Positions 41,276 to 55,413 are shown, counted from the stretch's first letter. The stretch: DNA of 64,000 bases from Octopus sinensis (GCF_006345805.1 NC_043014.1:29264001-29328000); one strand, 5' to 3'. Notes: generated by a model not told the origin, from the sequence alone. Program-made: numbers and translations.

Positions 41276-41277
<2 letters not shown>
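41100..41277 (+). mobile_element. Family F-related Penelope-type tail with hammerhead-like motif
   Basis: gttt-CCGACGA-a-gggc-tcc-gctc-GAAA-cgt-t-aaac at 41142-41176, followed by ttcctgagcg..aatac as in family F; ends in (TA)n. Confidence 0.7.
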
Positions 41278-41364
<87 letters not shown>

Positions 41365-42086
41365 TATATATATTATATATATATATATATATATAATATA
41401 TATATATTATATATATATATATACAGTAAAAATTATTTTTTTTACGCTAGGCCACTTGGTGTTTTAAATTGATATTAATTAATATTCAATTTTTTTCACC
41501 CTTATTGTGATTTTATATATATGTGTGTGTGTGTATACATATATATACACACACATATACATATATAGATACATATACACACACATGCACGCATATATAT
41601 ATGCCTACTTACATATGTACATATATATATATATTGTTTTCCTGGCTTCTGGTGTTATGGTTTGAAACATTTAAAGAGTAACACTGCATTTGTTTGTGCT
41701 GTGTTTGTCAGTACAAATTTAATGTGTTAGCATATTTTGTGCCCTCACTTCTATTTTTTTTTTTTTTCAGTGTTAATCAAGACTGAAAATTTAAGTAACC
41801 ACAAATCGAAAAACTGAAGTTTCATTGTATCGCTCGCAGTAACATGTGACAAAAACGAGATACCATCACTCTATAGTTGCTTTGCACGTGGCAGCACACA
41901 GGTGTAGAATGGATGTGGGAAAATCGTGATTCTCCAATCGCTCGAGCATTCTCCGTTGAGTGCCTACGACTTAGATTTGGCAAATAAGGACGTCTTCGAC
42001 ATTGCGAGAGTCAAAAACCAGAAAGCACTATATCCTGTAAAAGAAAATAGGAAAGGATAACGAGTCAACAACCAGCATATACGTGT

Positions 42087-42132
<46 letters not shown>

Positions 42133-42180
42133 TATATGTACGTATACATATGAAATATGAATGTATGCATGATTACGCCT

Positions 42181-42561
42181 CTTTACTCTTTTACTTGTTT
42201 CAGTCATTTCACTGCGGCCATGCTGGAGCACCTCCTTTAGTCGAACAAATCGATTCCAGGACTTATTCTTTGTAAGCCTAGTACTTATTTTATCGATATC
42301 CTTTACCGAACCGATAAGTTACGGGGACGTAAACACACCAACATCATTTGTGGCAGGACAAACACAGACACACAAACATACACATATATAAATATATACG
42401 ACGGGATTCTTTCAGTTTCCGTCTGCCAAATCCACTCACAAGGCTTTGGTCGGCCCGTGGCTGTGGTAGAAGACACTTGCCCAAGGCTCCATGTAGTGGG
42501 ACTGAACCCGGAACCATGTGGTTGGTAAGCAAGCTACTTACCACACAGCCACTCCTGCGCC
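42181..42561 (-). mobile_element. SINE family A, full length, short internal microsatellite
   Basis: Complete head and tail. Confidence 0.95.
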
Positions 42562-42776
42562 TATATATGCATGTATAAGATACCGGAGGTATACATGATA
42601 TAACAGTGGTATACATTGACAAAACTTAACTTTTTTCGTTATAGTCAATGTGTTTCTATGTATGCTGTTATATACGCAAGTCTATGAGTAGAATTGGAAA
42701 TGTGTATCTGCATGTATGTAAATATTTACATATACACATAAATCTGTGAGCTACGTTCCCTAGTGTGTATATATAT

Positions 42777-43006
42777 ATTTCTTTACTACCCACAAGGGGC
42801 TAAACACAGAGGGGACAAACGAGGACAGAAAAACGGATGAAGTCGATTACATCGACCCCAGTGCGTAACTGGTACTTAATTTATCGACCCCGAAAGGATG
42901 AAAGGCAAAGTCGACCTCGCCGGAATTTGAACCCAGAACGTAACGGCAGACGAAATACGACTACGAATTTCGCCCGGCGTGCTAACGTTTCTGCCAGCTC
43001 GCTGCC
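42777..43006 (-). mobile_element. Young SINE D with alternative tail
   Basis: 16-bp TSD tagtgtgtatatatat at 42761-42776 and 43007-43022; tail gtttagccccttgtgggtagtaaagaaat. Confidence 0.95.
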
Positions 43007-43251
43007 TAGTGTGTATATATATGCCACACACACACACACAATTACTTAATGTGTGTATCGCTGGCATATTTATTTTGGCATTACGTTGAGATATAAGTAT
43101 GTATTTATATGTGTATGACTGTCTCTGTATGTCATATTTCAGCCGAGTCTACACAGATAGCATTGTCACAAGAACAATAACATTGAATAATATAAACAAG
43201 CAGAAAACCATCCCAGGGGCGGTATTTCTACTACTACTGTTACTGCTGCTG

Positions 43252-43283
<32 letters not shown>

Positions 43284-43344
43284 GCTGCTGCTGCTACTAC
43301 TACTACTACTACTACTACTACTAATAATAATAATAATAATAATA

Positions 43345-44123
43345 ATAATTTATTTTATAGGCCTATTATTTGTGGGGAGGGTGCTAGTCGATTACATCGA
43401 CCCCAATGCTCTACTGGTACATTTCCTCGACCCCGAAAGAATGAAAAGCAACGATGACATCTGCGCTAAAGAACAAGGCCTGAATTTTTGGAGGTAGGGG
43501 AAGGATGGTACCTATCGGTTCTGAAGAGATGAAATGCAAAATCCACCTCGGTGGAATTTGAACTCAGAACGGAAAGACAGACCAAATACCGAAAATCCCG
43601 CTGTGCACTTTGTTCGGCTTACTAATAACATTGCCAGCTTGCCACCTAAATAATCCTTTCTATTATAGGCGAAACAGATCTGAGTTTGAAGGCAGGTATA
43701 ATAGTTAAATAATTACCGATCTGATTGTTATTTCTAGCAGATTGAGTGACCTGAAAGAGGATTTCGTTGTTGACTTTTGTCGTGATGTGCAACTATGATT
43801 GATGTTCATTTTAATAAACACAACGTTATCAGTAGACAATCTAAACCTGATTTTGCACCTTCCTGTAAGTCAGATCGCCTCATGGTCCCAGCAAACAAAA
43901 TGAAAAAGGGCGTTGCCACTTTGAACGTAAGAAGTGAAATTCTGAGGGCTGGGAGCAGTCGATTACATCGATCCCAGTGCTCAACTGGTACCTATTTTAT
44001 CGACCCCCAAAGAGACGAAAGGTGAAGTCAATGTCGGTGGAATTCAGACTCTGAACATAAAGACGGACAAAATGCCGCTAAACATTTAGTCCGGCGTGCT
44101 AACGGTTCCGCCAGCTCGCCGCC
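43345..44123 (-). mobile_element. Chain of SINE D copies/fragments
   Basis: Units at ~43355, ~43470, ~43655 and ~43900-44123, same strand, with (AAT)-rich junctions. Confidence 0.8.
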
Positions 44124-45678
44124 TTAAACAATAATACTAATTTTCAGTGGTAACTGTCCAACAGAGTGTAACGCACGTGCTAACTTACTAACGGAGTGAC
44201 AAGCAGAATTATAATATGTTGTTTCCAATAAATGAATATTTGTCTGTCTGTGTGTCTGCTTCACTAGCTGGCTGGAATGGCTGTGAAGTTGGCCTGCGTG
44301 ACTGTTGGTTAGACTGTTTCTCATACCGTCTGATTAACTGTCTGGCTATGAGCCTGTTGTTTACCTCAACTATGCTTCTATGTCCGCCTGTCTATTTGCT
44401 CCTCCAACTGTCTGTTTCCGTCTGTCTCTGTGTCTGTCTACCGACGTGTCTGCTTGTCTGCCTGCTTCTCTGTCTGCTTCTCTGTCTGCTTCTCTGTCTA
44501 TCTATGTATCTATCTGTCTGTCTGTCTATCTGTCTGGTTGGTTGATTGGTAGACCTGATGTTTATGACGAATCCTCATCAACCTTGACTGATTTTCTACT
44601 CATGTCATATTAACCAGGTCTGCATGACACAAGCTCGCACTCATGAACAATGCACAAAGACAAAAACACACGTACAGTGCATACACACATACACACACAC
44701 ACACACACAGACACACACACACACAGCCTACAGCACGAATGCGCACATACATAATAAACACGTCACATACAAATACATACATGTACACAACTAAAACACG
44801 TAGTTTTGACATGTGTTGTATGTGAGTTTATTTTTCAAAAATCTTTTTGGCAAATATTCACACAGAACACACACACACACACACGCGCTGAAACACGCGC
44901 ATGCGCGAGCACACACTCTTGCACCACACATGTATGCACACACATGAGCTCGTAAATGCATGTACACACGCATGCGTTCACTCACACGTGTACGTGCTGA
45001 AAATACGTGACAAACATACGCAGACACAACCATATGCATTTCGATCGACGGTCACTTGGAATTGAACAATAACACCAGAGATTGCATGTCCATACTTCTC
45101 GTACTACCTAAAGTTTCATACACGCATACATACAAACATACATACATACATACATGCATACATACATACATACATACATACATACATACATACATACATA
45201 CATACATACATACGTACGTACGTACATACATACATACATATATACATACATACGTACGTATGTACGTACATAGATACATACGTACATACATACATGCATA
45301 CATGCATACATACATATATGTGTGTCTGTATGTATGTATGCATGTACTATATGTATAAATATGTCTATATACTTACGTACACACATATATATGAGTGTAT
45401 ATATATATATGTGTGTATACATATATATATGTGCATACATATATACATGCATATACATATATATATATTATACAAACATGCATACATATATATGCATATA
45501 CACACATATATATATACACGGAAGAAGAGAGAGAGAGAGAGGGGGGGGGAGAATCCCAGGAAAATACAGATGTTCATACATACTTGTATACGTGTGTACG
45601 TGTATGTATTTATGTGTATGTTTGTTATGTGAATGTGCCACTGTGTGTGTGTACATGCGTACGCGAGCAAGAGAGAGC

Positions 45679-45713
<35 letters not shown>

Positions 45714-46364
45714 GCAGACAGGCAGACAGGCAGACAGACAGGCAGAATATCGCTGTGTAATTTTTTGGGTGTTGTATGCGTATGCGTGCATATGTGCGTA
45801 TGTTGTTTAAACTAAGACGAAAGAAGAGAGCGACTGTAAATAAAACAGAGCACGTGATACACCCACACACATTTTAAACAAATCAGACAACAAGAACACA
45901 CGCTCATACACGTGTTTGCACACGCACCATATACACATATACATACATGCATACTCAGACGCATACCTACATAGTCAAGTAGAAACACGACCATCCATAC
46001 ATAAACACATATACATAGACACATACAGACATACACAAACACATTCGTATACCCAAATACACCGTTTTTCTTATCACATACGTTCGCTCACAAGCGCGAT
46101 TGTGATACAAAACACACGATTTCAGTCACATGACTGACGTATATGGCTACGTAGAGATACACATATTCATACACGCGCTTACATACTGGCTAACATCCAC
46201 ACACATTTCTCCATACACTTGCTGACATACACTCATACGCATACACAGATAAATATTTCATTTAGCAAACACACTCTACATACATACACACTCATATATT
46301 GATTATATTAAACTATTTGCGTGTGTGTGTATGTGTATACATATATACGTATTTATATATGTAC

Positions 46365-46462
<98 letters not shown>

Positions 46463-47134
46463 TTATATACATACATATGTTTGTATGTAAGTATGTATGT
46501 ATGCATTATGTAAGCAAGTATACATACATGCAATGCTTACGTGTGGGAGAGGGGGCAAGCGTGTATGTTCAATGCACACGTGCATAAAATGTACGCATGG
46601 ACATGTATTCTCTTTCCCACACTAATACACACATTTCACTCATGCATACACAAAATGCTTACACAGACACGAACACACACACACACACACGCGCGCGCAC
46701 ACACACACATACATACAAACAGAGGCATGCACTCACATACGCGCCCGTTTGCGAAGGCACACACGCCTACACCTTCCACGAGGAAAAAGACTAAGTAGGT
46801 TAGCGTGTTCTAGTATCTAATAGGTCATAAACAAGTCAACCAATCAGAAGCTGAGAAACTAGGCCGATTTAACTAGGTAACTAGGTCAGACGCCGACCTC
46901 ATTACAATGGCTGTTGACACAGTTTTGTTTTTGTTTAGCCGTTCTCTTCTTTCTTCCTTTTCTCCCACTCTTTGCTTTCTGCTTTTTTTTCTCATTCTTT
47001 ATGCTTCTTGTATCTTTGATTTGTTATCTACCCCCTCTCTCTTTTTCTCTCTATTTCACACACACTCTTTCTCGTTTTCTTTCACTCTCTTTCTCTCTCT
47101 CACTTTATTTCTATCCCTATCTCTCTCCACCTTA

Positions 47135-47172
<38 letters not shown>

Positions 47173-47233
47173 TATATATATATACTGTGAGAAAGATGGA
47201 CAGATAGAAAGTAAGGTATAGACATATGTTTGC

Positions 47234-47301
<68 letters not shown>

Positions 47302-47619
47302 GTGTGTAGACGCGCACACACACGCACACATATGTACACAGAGAAACAGACAGAGAGATGGAGAGATGGATGGATGGATGGACAGATAGACAGAAAATAA
47401 AAGAAAGTGAACATATATTTATTACTTTGTCTATCTGTCTATCCATCTGCCAAGCTGTGTGTTTATCGATCGCTCTATCTAACAACGTATCGCTGCGTGT
47501 GTTGATTGGCCGTTTATCAATCTAATCAGCCCAACTCTCTTAATGTTCAATATAAACTAATCAAATACTTACACGCACACGCGTGCATATGTTTTTTGTT
47601 TATTATTAGGCAAAGTTTA

Positions 47620-47986
47620 CTTCATCTGAGTTCCAATTCTGCCGAGGTCAACTCAGCCTTTTATTCTCTCTGGATCGAAAAGTAAAGTACCAGTCAAGTA
47701 TTCACGTCAGTGTAATCGACTAACGTCCTCTGTTAAAATTTCTGGCCTTGTGCCAAAATTTGAAACAAATAAGGACGGCGAGGTGACAGAATCGTTAGCA
47801 CGCCAGACAAGATACTTAGCGGCATTTCGTCCATCTTTACGGTCTGAGTTCAAATTCCGTCGAGGTTGACTTTGCCTTTCATCCTTGTGGAATCGATGAA
47901 ACAAGAGCTAAATACTGGGATCGACGTAAATGACTTCTTCCTCCCCACAAACACAGCTGGACCCGTGCTAAAGTTTGAAACCATCA

Positions 47987-48051
<65 letters not shown>

Positions 48052-48245
48052 TTTAAGGCAGCGAGCTGGCAGAATCGTTGGCACGGCGGGTGAAATGCTT
48101 AGCGGTATCCCGTCTGTAACTGCATTCTGAGTTCAAATTCTGCTGAGATTGTCTTTGCCTTTCATACTTTCGAGGTCGATAAATTAAGTGCCAGTGAAAC
48201 ACTGGGGTCGATGTAATCTACTTATCGTCTTCCCCCAAATTTAGA
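47620..48245 (+). mobile_element. Three head-to-tail SINE D copies separated by short or (ATT)n spacers
   Basis: Units ~47620-47770, ~47775-47990, ~48057-48245. Confidence 0.85.
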
Positions 48246-48246
48246 A

Positions 48247-48630
48247 GTTCATGCTGGTGTTATGCCTAGGGTGTCATATATTTGGTTTTGCACATAGTAT
48301 TGTTCTAGAGCATGTTTAAGAAAACAAGAAAATTGTGAATTTGTTTTAAAATTTGAGATTATATACACAGCATTTTACGTAGGATATGGGCAGTTCCCAT
48401 GTGCACTATCTTTTGAATTTCTGCCATTTTGAGTTTTCTGGTATCTGAGCTAGGTAGAAATCAGCCCCTTTTGCTATCATTTCTAGGGCACCTATGACAA
48501 TAGATATTGTTTTAGTCTTGAGGTTCCACATTTTGGCAATTTCTATTTCAAGATCTTTATACTTGCTCAGTTTTTAGTAGGCCTTGACAAATACATTTAT
48601 GTCGATTAGGACAGTCATATCAACGAGGAG
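48247..48630 (-). pseudogene. R4/Dong-clade LINE C-terminus plus partial 3' UTR
   Basis: LVDMTVLIDINV..KLSKYKDLEIEIAKMWNLKTKTISIVIGALEMI..EIQKIVHMGTAHILRKML. Confidence 0.85.
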
Positions 48631-49048
48631 GCATGAATTTTGTCTGAAGTTTTTCAATTATAATATGTATTATTATTGGTTTGGTCTGGAGAGTGGGATG
48701 TGTCCAAGATCTTCACTGGGTTATAGGTACATAACCCTGTGAAGATTATGGACACAGACGATGAGAATGATGTTAAGTTTCTGTTTAAACTGTCGGAGGG
48801 CGGAATTCTAGAAAGGAAGGGTTTGGTTTTTTTTAAAGTTGGGATCGGTTGTGTGGGATTGTACACAATATAAGTGATCCAGGCGAGATAAGTGAAACAG
48901 GAATATCTGACAAGAAGTTGCACAAGGAGAGGACGATGTAGTATTGGTAGAAAAGACAGAGATGGTGAGTCGGTTACTGGAGCGTGTGTATGAGTTCAGG
49001 TCAATCAGTCGAGTAACCTTTCTCTGCAATGAGGTTTTAGATGTGTGT

Positions 49049-49108
<60 letters not shown>

Positions 49109-49226
49109 CGTATATGAGTGAGTGCGTGTGCAGTAACTTCAGAACTGTACATGATTTTGGGGCAGTGCTCTGTTGAGCAGGGTTAGTAAGTAGTAGATGG
49201 AAGAGTTGATGGAAGTGGAGTTATTT

Positions 49227-49271
<45 letters not shown>

Positions 49272-49458
49272 GTGAGTGTGTGTGTGTGTGTGTGTGTGAG
49301 TGTATGTGTGAGTGTGTATGTGTGTGCGCGCACATGTACGTGTAAAATACACACACAGAGGCAAGCAAGCAGCAATTAATGGTAACCAAACTCTGCAATT
49401 GTCATTTCTGTAAAAGAGATCACTATTATTGGTTTAATCAAATTTCTTTCCCTCCCCG

Positions 49459-49530
<72 letters not shown>

Positions 49531-49814
49531 GCACACGCACCCATGCACACACACGCACGCATGTAAGCACGTACAAACAAACAGACACTCAACAGTTGTG
49601 GAGTTGGCAGTAGTCGGATTAACCAGTGTGACAGAGATATAAAGTAGTGTAAGTAAGAATTAGTTGAACTGATGGGTTTAGTAATAATGCGTGTCGACAT
49701 GAATCGGATTAGAGATGATATGAAATTAAAAACAGAATAGTGTTGTGTACTTTAAAAGGAATTAGAGGTGAAGTTATCGTCACAACCCTTCAATGCAGTA
49801 GACGATTTTTAATA

Positions 49815-50300
49815 ATCTAGCAGGAAAAAGTGCTTGTAGGGGTGAACAAAACGCGCACGATTAAAATATTGCAATGAAGTTGAAATATGAAGAAATAAAA
49901 TTATCGTCATTTTAAAAAAAATATGTTATACGAGCAAAAACGCCCCCCGTCCAATGGACGATGCTGAGTTGTCAAACATTTAAACCAAATTTTCTCAAAA
50001 CAACCCGTCCGACCGTCCCATAGGCCTCCCCTTTGAGAAACACTGATTAACCTAAATTTGGGACACCAGCAAAAGAAGAAATAAAGATAGACTTTTTTCT
50101 ATTCCAAAGAAAAACTATTTTATTCACTTTATCGATCGCATTCTCACCTGAAATTGATTTTTGTAATTTTTTCAGGACTTATACACGCCCTGATACCGTC
50201 GGTATCTGCATATCAAATTTGAGCGTAATCGGATGGAGGATGCCCGAGATCCTAGAAGACACACACACACCGACAGACAGAACGGATTTTATATAATAGA
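49815..50300 (+). mobile_element. Non-autonomous Helitron-like element
   Basis: Start ctagcaggaaaaag; 3' aaatttgagcgtaatcggatgg..cacacacac..gacagacagaacggattttatataataga, typical of HINE/Lep1-like ends. Confidence 0.5.
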
Positions 50301-50571
50301 TTAGTTATGTATTACAAGAGAAAATAATTCAATTAAGGTACTTCTAATAATCTCACTAATCAAACTCAAAGCTATTAAAACGTTTTTAATTTAGCTTTCC
50401 ACATCTTTATCTGCACTGGTATATTTACACTCTTTTCTTCAAAATTGAACTGCAACATTTTTAAGCATACCGACTTGTCCTGCACTTTCCCAAATTCAGT
50501 TAAATCAGCGTCTGTATTTTCCTGCTAGTCCACTCTTTTGCAGCCAATGATGTATCTTACACTTTTTTTTT

Positions 50572-50764
50572 TTACTCTTTTACTTGTTTCAGTCAGTTGA
50601 CTGCGGCCATGCTGGAGCACCACCTTTACTCGAGCAAATCGACCCCAGGACTTATTCTTTGTAAGCCTAGTGCTTATTCTATCGGTCTCTTTTGCCGAAC
50701 CGCTAAGTTACAGGGACGTAAACACACCACCATCGGTTGTCAAACGATATTGGAGGGACACACA

Positions 50765-50824
<60 letters not shown>

Positions 50825-50995
50825 CATATATACGACGGGCTTCTTTCAGTTTCCGTCTACCAAATCCACTCACAAGGCTTTGGTCGGCCCGAGGCTATAG
50901 TAGAATACACTTGCCCAAGGTGCCACGCAGTGGGACTGAACCCGGAACCATGTGGTTGGTTAGCAAGCTACTTACTACACAGCCACTCCTGCGCC
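50572..50995 (-). mobile_element. SINE family A, full length
   Basis: Complete head, internal (CA)n(TA)n, tail. Confidence 0.95.
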
Positions 50996-51139
50996 TATAT
51001 CTTAGTTATAAAAAATTCATAAATTTGCCATAAATAATATCCAAAAGTTATGTATTTAATGGATATAATTGGGTTATCCTTTCAATCATTATTTTGAATC
51101 TTGCTGGCCTGACGGCCATCGTGTGTCGTTTGTTTATTC

Positions 51140-51345
51140 TTTAAGGTATTTCAGTCATTTGACTGCGGCCATGCAGAAGCACCGATTTGAAGGGGTTTTA
51201 GTCGAACAAATTGACTGTAGGACTTTCTTTTAAGCCCAGTACTTATATTACCAGTCTCATCTGTTGAACCGCTAATTTAGGGGACGTAAACATACCGACA
51301 CCGGTTGTCAAGCTGTAATGTGGGACAAACGCAGACAGACAGACA
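51140..51345 (-). mobile_element. Old SINE A 3' half
   Basis: Diverged match ending at the (TA)n tract. Confidence 0.8.
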
Positions 51346-51354
51346 CAGACATAA

Positions 51355-51423
<69 letters not shown>

Positions 51424-51432
<9 letters not shown>

Positions 51433-51660
51433 TAGAGAAGAACCACCATGTAGCAATTCACCAATGATATAATTAAATCAGGCCATATAGAAAAAAATTA
51501 AATATGCGATAAAACATATACCTATAATTAAGTAAAGTACAAAATACTTTACTTAATTATAGGTATGTGTTTTATCGTATTTTTAATTTTTTTCTATATG
51601 GTATGATTTAATTATATCATTGTTGAATTGCTACATGGTGGTTCTTTTCTAATTTATATA
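51424..51660. repeat. Fold-back hairpin, ~116-bp arms, 5-nt loop
   Basis: 51424-51539 versus 51545-51660 reverse complement with about 7 mismatches by my count; loop caaaa. Confidence 0.95.
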
Positions 51661-51739
51661 CATATATTATATATTGTGAAATTTGATTTAGTATTACTAA
51701 ATTAAATTTTTCCCTGTAAGTTTGGTATCATATTCCCTA

Positions 51740-51778
<39 letters not shown>

Positions 51779-51785
51779 GTAGTAT

Positions 51786-51835
<50 letters not shown>

Positions 51836-51934
51836 TATACATACATACATACAGACAGACAGACAGACAGACAGATAAAGAAATAGACCGATAGAGAGTG
51901 AGAGAGAGAGAGAAATAGGAAATAGATTGTAAGT

Positions 51935-52385
51935 GTAAGATTGATGGAATCGAGAGCTTCCTTATGCAGTTGGAATTGGGTCATGTCGTCAGAATGAATG
52001 ACGAAAGAATACCGAAAGACCCCACGTGCGGTTAGCTTGATAGCGGGCACTGGAATATTGGTTCAGATATAAGCACGAGCTGAAGAGTAGCCTCTCAGAA
52101 GTCAATATAGCTCACAACAACTTTGAGCAACCAATCTTGAAGTGGACAAATTGGAAAAAATCATGTCAAAATAGTATGAGACAGGCTCAGAGTTGCATGC
52201 CAAAGGAGAAAAGCAGCTGCAAATATACTACCTACACTGACCTGTATTCATCGTACAATCTCTGAGGGCTTGTTTGCAAACCGTTGGCGGTACTCAAATG
52301 TCACATTCAACAAAAGCATTGCGACTGACAAATGAAGTGTAGGTTGTTGGATCTTTATACGTCGAAATCGGGTGAGTCCATCATA
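51935..52385 (+). pseudogene. RTE LINE C-terminal/3' fragment
   Basis: GIESFLMQL..LGHVVRMNDERIPK...RYKHELKSSL matches the RTE C-terminal region. Confidence 0.75.
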
Positions 52386-52391
52386 CACACG

Positions 52392-52468
<77 letters not shown>

Positions 52469-52514
52469 ACACACACATACACACATACTCAGAGAGACAA
52501 ACAGATAGGCGGGC

Positions 52515-52602
<88 letters not shown>

Positions 52603-52639
52603 GGACAGACAGATGACTAATTATGAGCTTCAGCGATCG

Positions 52640-53400
52640 GTGCCATTCATCGCGCCGCAGCGCCTTCTTTCCCAGGTGGAGAAATGACATATTTCTTTAT
52701 ATGCCTCTTCAGCACATCCTGGTATCGCAAACTCTGGCCATCATGGCTCCTCCTGCCTTGAATCAGTTTAGCATAAAAAAAAACATTCGGGACACTGTCA
52801 CCCTCCATCCTGCAAACGTGTCCCGCTCAGCACAGCTGTGATGAGTTTCTGAAGGTTTCCACGTTAACCACACCAACGCGGTGCAGTACCTTTGCATCAG
52901 GAATGCGATCCTGCCATCCGATATGCAAGGTGGAGCGCAGTCAACCACGGTGTGAAGAAGGGGTCTGTACTTGCTTTTGCACTCGTCTTTCTTTCATCCG
53001 CACCAGACCGGGTGGGAACCTCTTCAACATGGCCCGTTTTCGTGCCCCCATCAAAATCAAGGAAATGTGTGTCAAGGAGCTGCTCCACGCACACAACCTA
53101 GCGCTCGTGATCAGCAACATAGAGGACATACAACACACTGTGGACCAATTTTCTCGTGTAACAGATATGTTTGGTCTCAAGGTCAATAATTCGAAGACTG
53201 TGCTGCTCTACCAACCCAACCATGCTATCCTAATATATAAAGAGGGTCAGAGCGAGTAACATTACACGGAAAGCCACCAAAGAACATCGTGGTCTTTATC
53301 TCGACGTTGAGAGACATATACAGTCTGCCACACAGGCTTTTGGTTCTGTCGAGAAACGTCTATGGGGTTACCGTAACATTACCCGCAACACGAAGATGTA
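52640..53400 (+). pseudogene. RTE (BovB-like) LINE reverse transcriptase fragment
   Basis: GVKKGSVLA..IRTRPGGNLFNMARFRAPIKIKEMCVKELLHAHNLALV..FGLKVNNSKTVLLYQP..IQSATQAFG; catalytic ADD decayed to AHN. Confidence 0.9.
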
Positions 53401-53460
53401 CAGACAGACAGGCAGGCAGACAGATAGACAGACAGACAGACAGACAAAAGACAGATAGAC

Positions 53461-53527
<67 letters not shown>

Positions 53528-53547
53528 CAGATATATATATATATAAT

Positions 53548-53640
<93 letters not shown>

Positions 53641-53649
53641 GTAAACAGT

Positions 53650-54330
53650 AAAAATAATTACAGACATGGACAAGAACATGAAACACCACAGAGACGACAC
53701 AAGAACCACAGGACGGGACATTCGAAGCCCTCAGTCATCAGTCAAGAACCAGATCATCTTAGCAATTTCGGCTGATTAATCTTGAGATTGCTCCGATATG
53801 GGCAGCCAGCCAAGGGAAATCTAAGCCAAGCGCATTAGATCCCCTGGAAGAAAGCTTCGAATGTATACAACACGAGGACGGAAAACGAACGAAGTACACG
53901 AACAAAAATACAGAATACGTGACACCAATAAGAATACAAAAACGTAGAAACAATAACGGTAAAAATAAAAAATAAACAACAGAACAAAACCAGGACGTAG
54001 GACAAGGGTCTTTCGACAGGACGAGTTGAGTATGGGGCTGGCTTGTGAAGTTGTGCCTAATGGCCGCAGGGAGACGAACAAATACGTGTTGCTTCGGCGG
54101 CTGCTGGAACGAAAAGAGCGCTCAACAGCGGCTAGCGGTCACGTGAGAACAAAAGACAGGAGAAAGGGACAGATGAAAAGAGAGAGAAGGTGGACGAGGG
54201 AGGAGAAGAAAGAGACAGATCGAGGGGGCTGGAGGTGAGAGAGATAGAGAAACGTAGAAGGGGGGGGAAGACGGATGGGGGCGAAAGAAAGGAAGGGGAA
54301 TAAGGGAGGAGAGAGAGAGAGAAAGAGACA
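53650..54330 (-). mobile_element. Family E element (homolog of 9085-9892)
   Basis: Shares aatctcaagattaatcagccgaaatt and gttcttgactga(t/a)gactgaggg(c/t)ttcgaatgtcc plus a pyrimidine-rich 5' part. Confidence 0.8.
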
Positions 54331-54341
54331 GATTATATATA

Positions 54342-54435
<94 letters not shown>

Positions 54436-54451
54436 ATATATTATATATATT

Positions 54452-54502
<51 letters not shown>

Positions 54503-54544
54503 TATATAATATATTATATATATATATATATATAGTGTGTGTGT

Positions 54545-54850
54545 GGAGGCGCAATGGCCCAGTGGTTAGGGCAGCGGACTCGCGGTCGTAGGATCGCGGT
54601 TTCGATTCCCAGACCGGGCGTTGTGAGTGTTTATTGAGCGAAAACACCTAAAAGCTCCACGAGGCTCCGGCAGGGGGTGGTGATCCCTGCTGTACTCTTT
54701 CACCACACTTTCTCCCACTCTTTCTTCTGTTGGCCTGCTCGCTTAGCCAGCGAGGTGGCGTCATTCGAAGGCTAAAAACAATGCGAACGCATTGTGACCT
54801 GCGATGTATAACAACATCTGATGGTCTGGTCGGTCACGTGATCACGTGAT
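54545..54850 (+). mobile_element. SINE family B, tail type 2
   Basis: B head and body to ~54720, then the unrelated tail ttggcctgctcgcttagccagc...ggtcacgtgatcacgtgat. Confidence 0.9.
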
Positions 54851-54857
54851 ATGTATA

Positions 54858-55413
54858 TAGTAGCGGGTTTCCCGGCCTTCGGCCTGGTCTGTATTCATAA
54901 GGCACATATTGCCATCTATCGTAATGTCCATTTACCTTACAATAAAAGTTGTTAAAAGGTACTTCAATATTGCATAACATAATTTAAAGGGAATTACAGA
55001 GAAAGTCAGTTACGCGATGGCCATTAACAAGACCCAAGGTCAAGCATTGCAGGTTGACGGTCTCCATCTAGAAGAGGGGTGTTTCTCACATGGCCAATTG
55101 TATGTGGGTTGCTCCAGAGTAGGAAGCCCACTTAAATTCTTCATATATGCTCCAAAGAAAAAAACTAAAAACGTTTTATATAACGAAGTTTTGAATATGT
55201 TTTATAATTTTCGTAAAATACGTTTCTCTATTATTATTTATATTACTTTCTGTATTCTAAATAAATTTCTAAAATTATGTGATACAATATTTAAATACAT
55301 CTTTACAACTTTACTGTAAGGAAAATGGGCATTACGATAGATGCCAATATGGGCCTTATGAACACATTTCAACACCGTACAGACCGAGCCGAAGGCCGGG
55401 AGGCCCACTAGTA
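54858..55413 (+). mobile_element. Helitron-derived element: RepHel helicase C-terminus flanked by ~95-110-bp inverted repeats
   Basis: The ORF from 55017 reads AINKTQGQAL..GLHLEEGCFSHGQLYVGCSRVG..KTKNVLYNEVL (Pif1-like motifs V/VI of Helitrons); 54858-54952 is the imperfect reverse complement of 55305-55413. Confidence 0.9.
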
